Positions 40,153 through 41,681 of a stretch of DNA of 41,681 nt are shown piece by piece (the first letter of the stretch is position 1; each line of letters starts with the position of its first letter). The notes beneath the pieces were generated by a model, which saw only the letters and a program-made list of their open reading frames with translations, had not been told where the DNA came from and did not search any database. This DNA is from an uncultured Rhodothermales bacterium (lineage in GTDB: Bacteria; Bacteroidota; Rhodothermia; Rhodothermales; UBA10348), in NCBI GenBank assembly GCA_964466675.1, contig CAYXSE010000004.1:1-41681 (forward strand), in the 5' to 3' direction. The position numbers and the translations under genes are program-made.

Positions 40153-41436
40153 TCAACTGCCTACGTCGCGAAGCTTGAACAGGGATCTGACTGTGCGGGC
40201 CAGATTCTCGGGGTCGCCGGACCGGGCCTCTCGCTTGATTCCCGTGGTGGGGTTATGGAATAACTTCTGAACCAACGACTGGGAGAACCGCTCGATGTGC
40301 TCGCGGAGTTCCTCAGGAAGCTCTGGAAGTAGGTCCGACAAGCGGGCGAGTTCTTCCTTCCGGATGTGCTCTGCCTGACGCCTGAGGTCGCCAATCAGTG
40401 GCTGCACCCGGGCAACCTGGAGCCAGCTCTCGAAGCGCTTGCGCTCCTCCTCCAGGATGGCTTCGACCGCCGGGATCGCAGCTTCCCGTAGCCGCAGGGA
40501 CTCGGAGATCTCGACGTGCATCGCGTCCACATCCAAATGGAATACACCCGCAATGTTGGCCACCCCCGGCTCAATATCGTGCGGGACGGCCAGATCCACT
40601 AGAAGGAGGGGGCGATCGCTCCGGGTCGTCATGGCGCGCTCAACCGTGCGCTGCTCAATGATGGGCAGCGGGCAACCGGTGCAGGAAAAGACGACGTCCG
40701 AACGTGAGAGTACCTCAGCCATCTCGGAGAATGACAGCGCCTCAGCCCCAAGGCTGGCGGCCTGCGCCACAGCGGTTTCCAGCGTTCGATTGACGAGAAT
40801 CACTCCGACGTTGGAACGCGAGCGTACCACCTTCAAGACGAGGCGTCCCGTTTCACCTAAGCCCACAACCGCGACGGTCTTGCCCTCCAGAGAGCCCAGG
40901 ATTGCCTCCGCCTTTCGCACTGCAACTGAGCTGACACTTACGCCATGGTGCCCGATGCGTGTCTCTGCTCTGGCTCTCCGCCCAGCCTTCAACGCGAAAC
41001 GAAAAAGACTCTCCAAATGATCGTCGACGCCTTCGTGGCGCCGCGCGTCTTGAAGGGCAGCATCGAGTTGCCCGAGAATCTCGGCCTCACCCAGGACCAT
41101 GGCATCCAAACCTGCTGCAACACGCGAAATGTGCTCGGCCACTTCGATCCCGGTCTTGGTGTAAAGCGCCGACACCACCGCCTGACGAAGTCGCCCCATG
41201 TCCGTCAGGACCTGTCGCAACTCTGCGAGTCCGTCGCTCGCGGCCGCCGCGCTACCGTAGAACTCGACGCGGTTGCACGTGCTTAGGATCACAAGCCCAT
41301 GCAGCTCACGACTCGCCCTTACAGCTCCGTAGAGTTCGGTCTCAGCGGCGGACGTCAGGGCCAGCTTCTCGCGGACATGCACGGGGGCATTACGATGGCT
41401 GATTCCCAGGCAGAAAATATCGGAGTTTCGAGGCAT
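40153..41436 (-). CDS. hemA: Glutamyl-tRNA reductase
   Basis: FCLGISHRNAPVHVREKLAL...LVILSTCNRVEFYG (catalytic Cys)...VAVVGLGETG (NADPH fold). It is the first gene of the heme operon. Confidence 0.92.
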   Translation of the reverse strand: MPRNSDIFCLGISHRNAPVHVREKLALTSAAETELYGAVRASRELHGLVILSTCNRVEFYGSAAAASDGLAELRQVLTDMGRLRQAVVSALYTKTGIEVAEHISRVAAGLDAMVLGEAEILGQLDAALQDARRHEGVDDHLESLFRFALKAGRRARAETRIGHHGVSVSSVAVRKAEAILGSLEGKTVAVVGLGETGRLVLKVVRSRSNVGVILVNRTLETAVAQAASLGAEALSFSEMAEVLSRSDVVFSCTGCPLPIIEQRTVERAMTTRSDRPLLLVDLAVPHDIEPGVANIAGVFHLDVDAMHVEISESLRLREAAIPAVEAILEEERKRFESWLQVARVQPLIGDLRRQAEHIRKEELARLSDLLPELPEELREHIERFSQSLVQKLFHNPTTGIKREARSGDPENLARTVRSLFKLRDVGS

Positions 41437-41681
41437 GCAGACTGCAAGCTAAGGTCGCACAATATAGCCCCCCCAGATGGTCGAAAGATCGAACCGGCTC
41501 CCACAACGGATCGAAGAGGGTGTTGGACTCACTGTCAGACCGGGAGGCGGCGGCTCGCCTCCGTGGCGTACCAGTTCATGTAGCCTCGGGGATCGCGGCG
41601 AGACCAATCAAGAGTCTCGAACGGACCATTCAATCAAAAGAAACGTATCATTGTTTTGATAACACTGTTTCTTATCATAAC

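Noticed and set aside
41487-41495. GGTTCGATC (minus strand) resembling a tRNA T-loop
   Set aside because: The flanking bases do not form a T stem, and no acceptor, D or anticodon arms can be folded around it.
41543-41562. GC hairpin ggaggcg-gcggct-cgcctcc as an intrinsic terminator
   Set aside because: There is no U-tract on either strand, and no identifiable gene ends nearby within the window. It lies in the hemA upstream region, so its role is undetermined.

Overview
GC-rich bacterial chromosomal window in three blocks. All calls come from by-eye motif recognition on the supplied ORF translations and on my own reverse-complement reading. No searches or computations were run.

(1) 1-13.2 kb, housekeeping. 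groES-groEL (groEL runs off the left edge) sits behind two tandem CIRCE-like operators. Then come a DUF2085 membrane protein, mutY, an Omp85-family outer-membrane protein, rsmE, a NUDIX hydrolase and secG. A type-A RNase P RNA (rnpB) is absent from the ORF track and is covered there by spurious ORFs. The block ends with the conserved NIF3/COG1579 pair, an MFS transporter and a class-V PLP enzyme. It also holds seven short-unit tandem duplications (13-21 bp units, plus one longer imperfect repeat). Several of these extend gene 3' ends, and one lies inside rnpB.

(2) 13.3-31.9 kb, an accessory-looking surface-glycan locus. Thirteen + strand genes (13339-27864) have overlapping or abutting start/stop codons. 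They encode a pseudaminic-acid-type nonulosonic acid core: PseB-, PseC-, PseG- and PseI-like enzymes plus a cytidylyltransferase. No PseH-type N-acetyltransferase is visible. An unexplained module is embedded in the operon:
- an aldo/keto reductase
- a cytidylyltransferase fused to a class-III (GSA-aminomutase-like) aminotransferase
- a second, SAF-less NeuB-like synthase
- an Fe-alcohol dehydrogenase with an in-frame 39-bp x3 repeat just before its GGGS motif
- a split alpha/beta sulfopyruvate/phosphonopyruvate-decarboxylase-like ThDP enzyme
- an ATP-grasp ligase
- a GH57-like protein
- a UDP-glucuronate-4-epimerase-like SDR

Two convergent minus-strand transferase genes follow, one of them a 900-aa GT2-helical-GT4-zinc-ribbon protein. 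This locus is the best candidate for new biochemistry in the window.

(3) 31.95-41.4 kb. tRNA-Arg(CCU) is followed by a complete nine-gene heme operon on the minus strand (hemA-hemC-hemD-hemB-hemQ-hemE-hemY-hemL-hemH). This is the coproporphyrin-dependent gene set.

I saw no mobile elements, CRISPR arrays or recognisable defence or toxin systems. Most other long ORFs in the track are antisense shadows, which are typical of GC-rich DNA.
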